DNA of 64,000 nucleotides from Armatimonadota bacterium (GTDB lineage Bacteria; Armatimonadota; Fimbriimonadia; Fimbriimonadales; GBS-DC): NCBI GenBank assembly GCA_037444405.1, contig JBBIML010000014.1, positions 32,001 to 96,000 of the forward strand, read 5' to 3'. Shown piece by piece: positions 62,635 to 64,000 of this stretch (position 1 is its first letter; each line of letters starts with the position of its first letter). The notes under the pieces were generated by a model. It saw only the letters and a program-made list of their open reading frames with translations, ran no database searches and was not told where the DNA came from. The position numbers and the translations under genes were made by a program.

Positions 62635-64000
62635 ATGGCACTGACTGGCAATGTGCTGGCAACCCGTTATGAGCTGATTGAGCGACTGTCGGAGGGGTTG
62701 CTGTTCGATGTGTACCGCGCCCGCGATCTGGTTCAGGGGCGGGTGGTCACGGTCAAGCTGGTGCGCTCGCCCTACTTTCAGAACCCGCGCGTGCGCGAGC
62801 GTCTTCAGCAGGTGATTGATGCCCGCCAGCGCGTGCGACATCCCAACCTGATCACTCTTTACAGCCTTGAGGACGAGAACGGTCAGCCGTTTCTGGTGGA
62901 GGAGTTCGTGCGGGGGCTGGACCTGGCGACGCGCATCCGTCGAACCGCGCCCTTCACCGTGCCGATTGCTGTGGAGATTATGATTGGCGTCGTGGAGGGG
63001 CTGAACGCGCTCCATCAGGCAGGGCTGATTCACGGCGATCTGCGTCCTGCGAATGTGCTGGTCGGCTCCGAGTGGCATGTATGGCTGAACGGTGCGGAGA
63101 TGCGCGCTGTGTATCAGGCGGACCCGACGCTGGCAGCCGCCCATGAATCGCGCGCCGTCGCCTATAGCGCGCCCGAACTGCTGTGTGGTGAGGTGCCAGG
63201 CGTCGCCAGCGATATTTACGCCTGCGGCGTGATGCTCTTTGAGATGCTCGCTGGTGTACCGCCTTTCACGGGTGAGACGCCGCTGCTGATTGCCGAAGCG
63301 CACCTGAACAAGCCAGTGCCCTCGCTGCGGGCACGCAACCCGGCTGTGCCCCGCGCGGTGGAGGGCATCGTGACCCGGTGCCTGCAGAAGAATCCCGAAA
63401 ATCGCTATCCGAACGCGCTGGCGCTGCTGAACGATTTGAAGGCGGTGCGCGACGCGCTGCGTTTCGGGCGACCGCTGGGCTGGTCGCCGATGGAGATGCC
63501 AGCTCCGGCACCTGCGGCAACCGCCGCTGGCGGTTCCGCCATCAGCTTCGCCGCGAGACCCGCTCCGCCCGTAAGTGAGACCGAAGAAGAGGAGGCAGAC
63601 ATTCCTAACTGGTTGAGAACCCTGCTTCTGGTGATGACGACGCTGGTGGTGCTGGGGCTGATTGTGTTTGGCGCGGCGATGCTGGCGCTACGGGTTGCGC
63701 CCGAAGACCGCCCCGTGCCCCCGGTGGTGGGCAAAACGCTACAGGAGGCGAACCAGATACTCCGTGAAGCGGGCTTTGAACCCGAAGTGAAGCAGGAGGG
63801 CTACAGCGAGCAGTACCCGCCTGGGGTGATCTATTCCGTCTCGCCGCCCGAGGGACGGCTCATTAGTCGGGGCAGTAAGGTGTACCTGTGGGTGAGCAAG
63901 GGTTCACGCTTCACGACGGTGCCCGATGTGCGCAACCTGCCCGAATCGCGGGCGCGCGCCGAGCTGGAGAGAGCAGGGCTGGCGGTGATGGACGCTACCG
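62635..64000 (+). CDS. PknB/Stk1-like Ser/Thr kinase-fold protein with TM and PASTA domains, 3'-partial, probably a pseudokinase
   Basis: Hand translation: RYELIERL, HPNL, HGDLRPANVL, YSAPE, SDIYACGV; TM helix; VPPVVG and VPDVRN PASTA starts; GGGAGG SD. Absent from the ORF track because it runs off the window. Confidence 0.9.
   Translation, partial: MALTGNVLATRYELIERLSEGLLFDVYRARDLVQGRVVTVKLVRSPYFQNPRVRERLQQVIDARQRVRHPNLITLYSLEDENGQPFLVEEFVRGLDLATRIRRTAPFTVPIAVEIMIGVVEGLNALHQAGLIHGDLRPANVLVGSEWHVWLNGAEMRAVYQADPTLAAAHESRAVAYSAPELLCGEVPGVASDIYACGVMLFEMLAGVPPFTGETPLLIAEAHLNKPVPSLRARNPAVPRAVEGIVTRCLQKNPENRYPNALALLNDLKAVRDALRFGRPLGWSPMEMPAPAPAATAAGGSAISFAARPAPPVSETEEEEADIPNWLRTLLLVMTTLVVLGLIVFGAAMLALRVAPEDRPVPPVVGKTLQEANQILREAGFEPEVKQEGYSEQYPPGVIYSVSPPEGRLISRGSKVYLWVSKGSRFTTVPDVRNLPESRARAELERAGLAVMDAT

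Noticed and set aside
62584..63303. Upstream part of the 291-aa minus ORF 62428-63303
   Set aside because: It is antisense to the kinase-fold gene; only the last 51 aa look like real protein.

Overview
GC-rich (roughly 60-65%, estimated by eye) bacterial chromosomal window. Gene content and the C-terminal 'DDADLLxVLFxFG..GC' domains suggest Armatimonadota (inference, not verified). The backbone is housekeeping: murB, rpmB, pth, tal, tatD, dgt, apt, dut, lon, acnA, nagA, rpsA, coaE, glnB, folD, rel, dtd and 4 tRNAs. Main points of interest: (1) a ~16 kb six-gene cell-envelope operon (33478-49324) in which three large secreted proteins, one an S8 protease, share a ~430-aa C-terminal module ending in an FlgD-Ig-like domain and 'ARA......TR-stop'; they are co-encoded with two CsgG/FlgT-like proteins and an invasin-Ig + LptD-like beta-barrel, making a candidate undescribed secretion or surface-assembly system; (2) two convergent candidate ncRNAs between tRNA-Gln and tatD, one pseudoknotted and one with a sigma-28-like promoter and three CCUCC motifs; (3) an AT-rich type II R-M island; (4) five gene scars (Fic, Uma2, ECF sigma, MNT-HEPN, AAA ATPase); (5) strong apparent avoidance of GGCC and ACGT; (6) a PASTA pseudokinase; (7) two single-base homopolymer frameshifts that may be sequencing errors. 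All family calls come from motif recognition by eye; no database searches were run.
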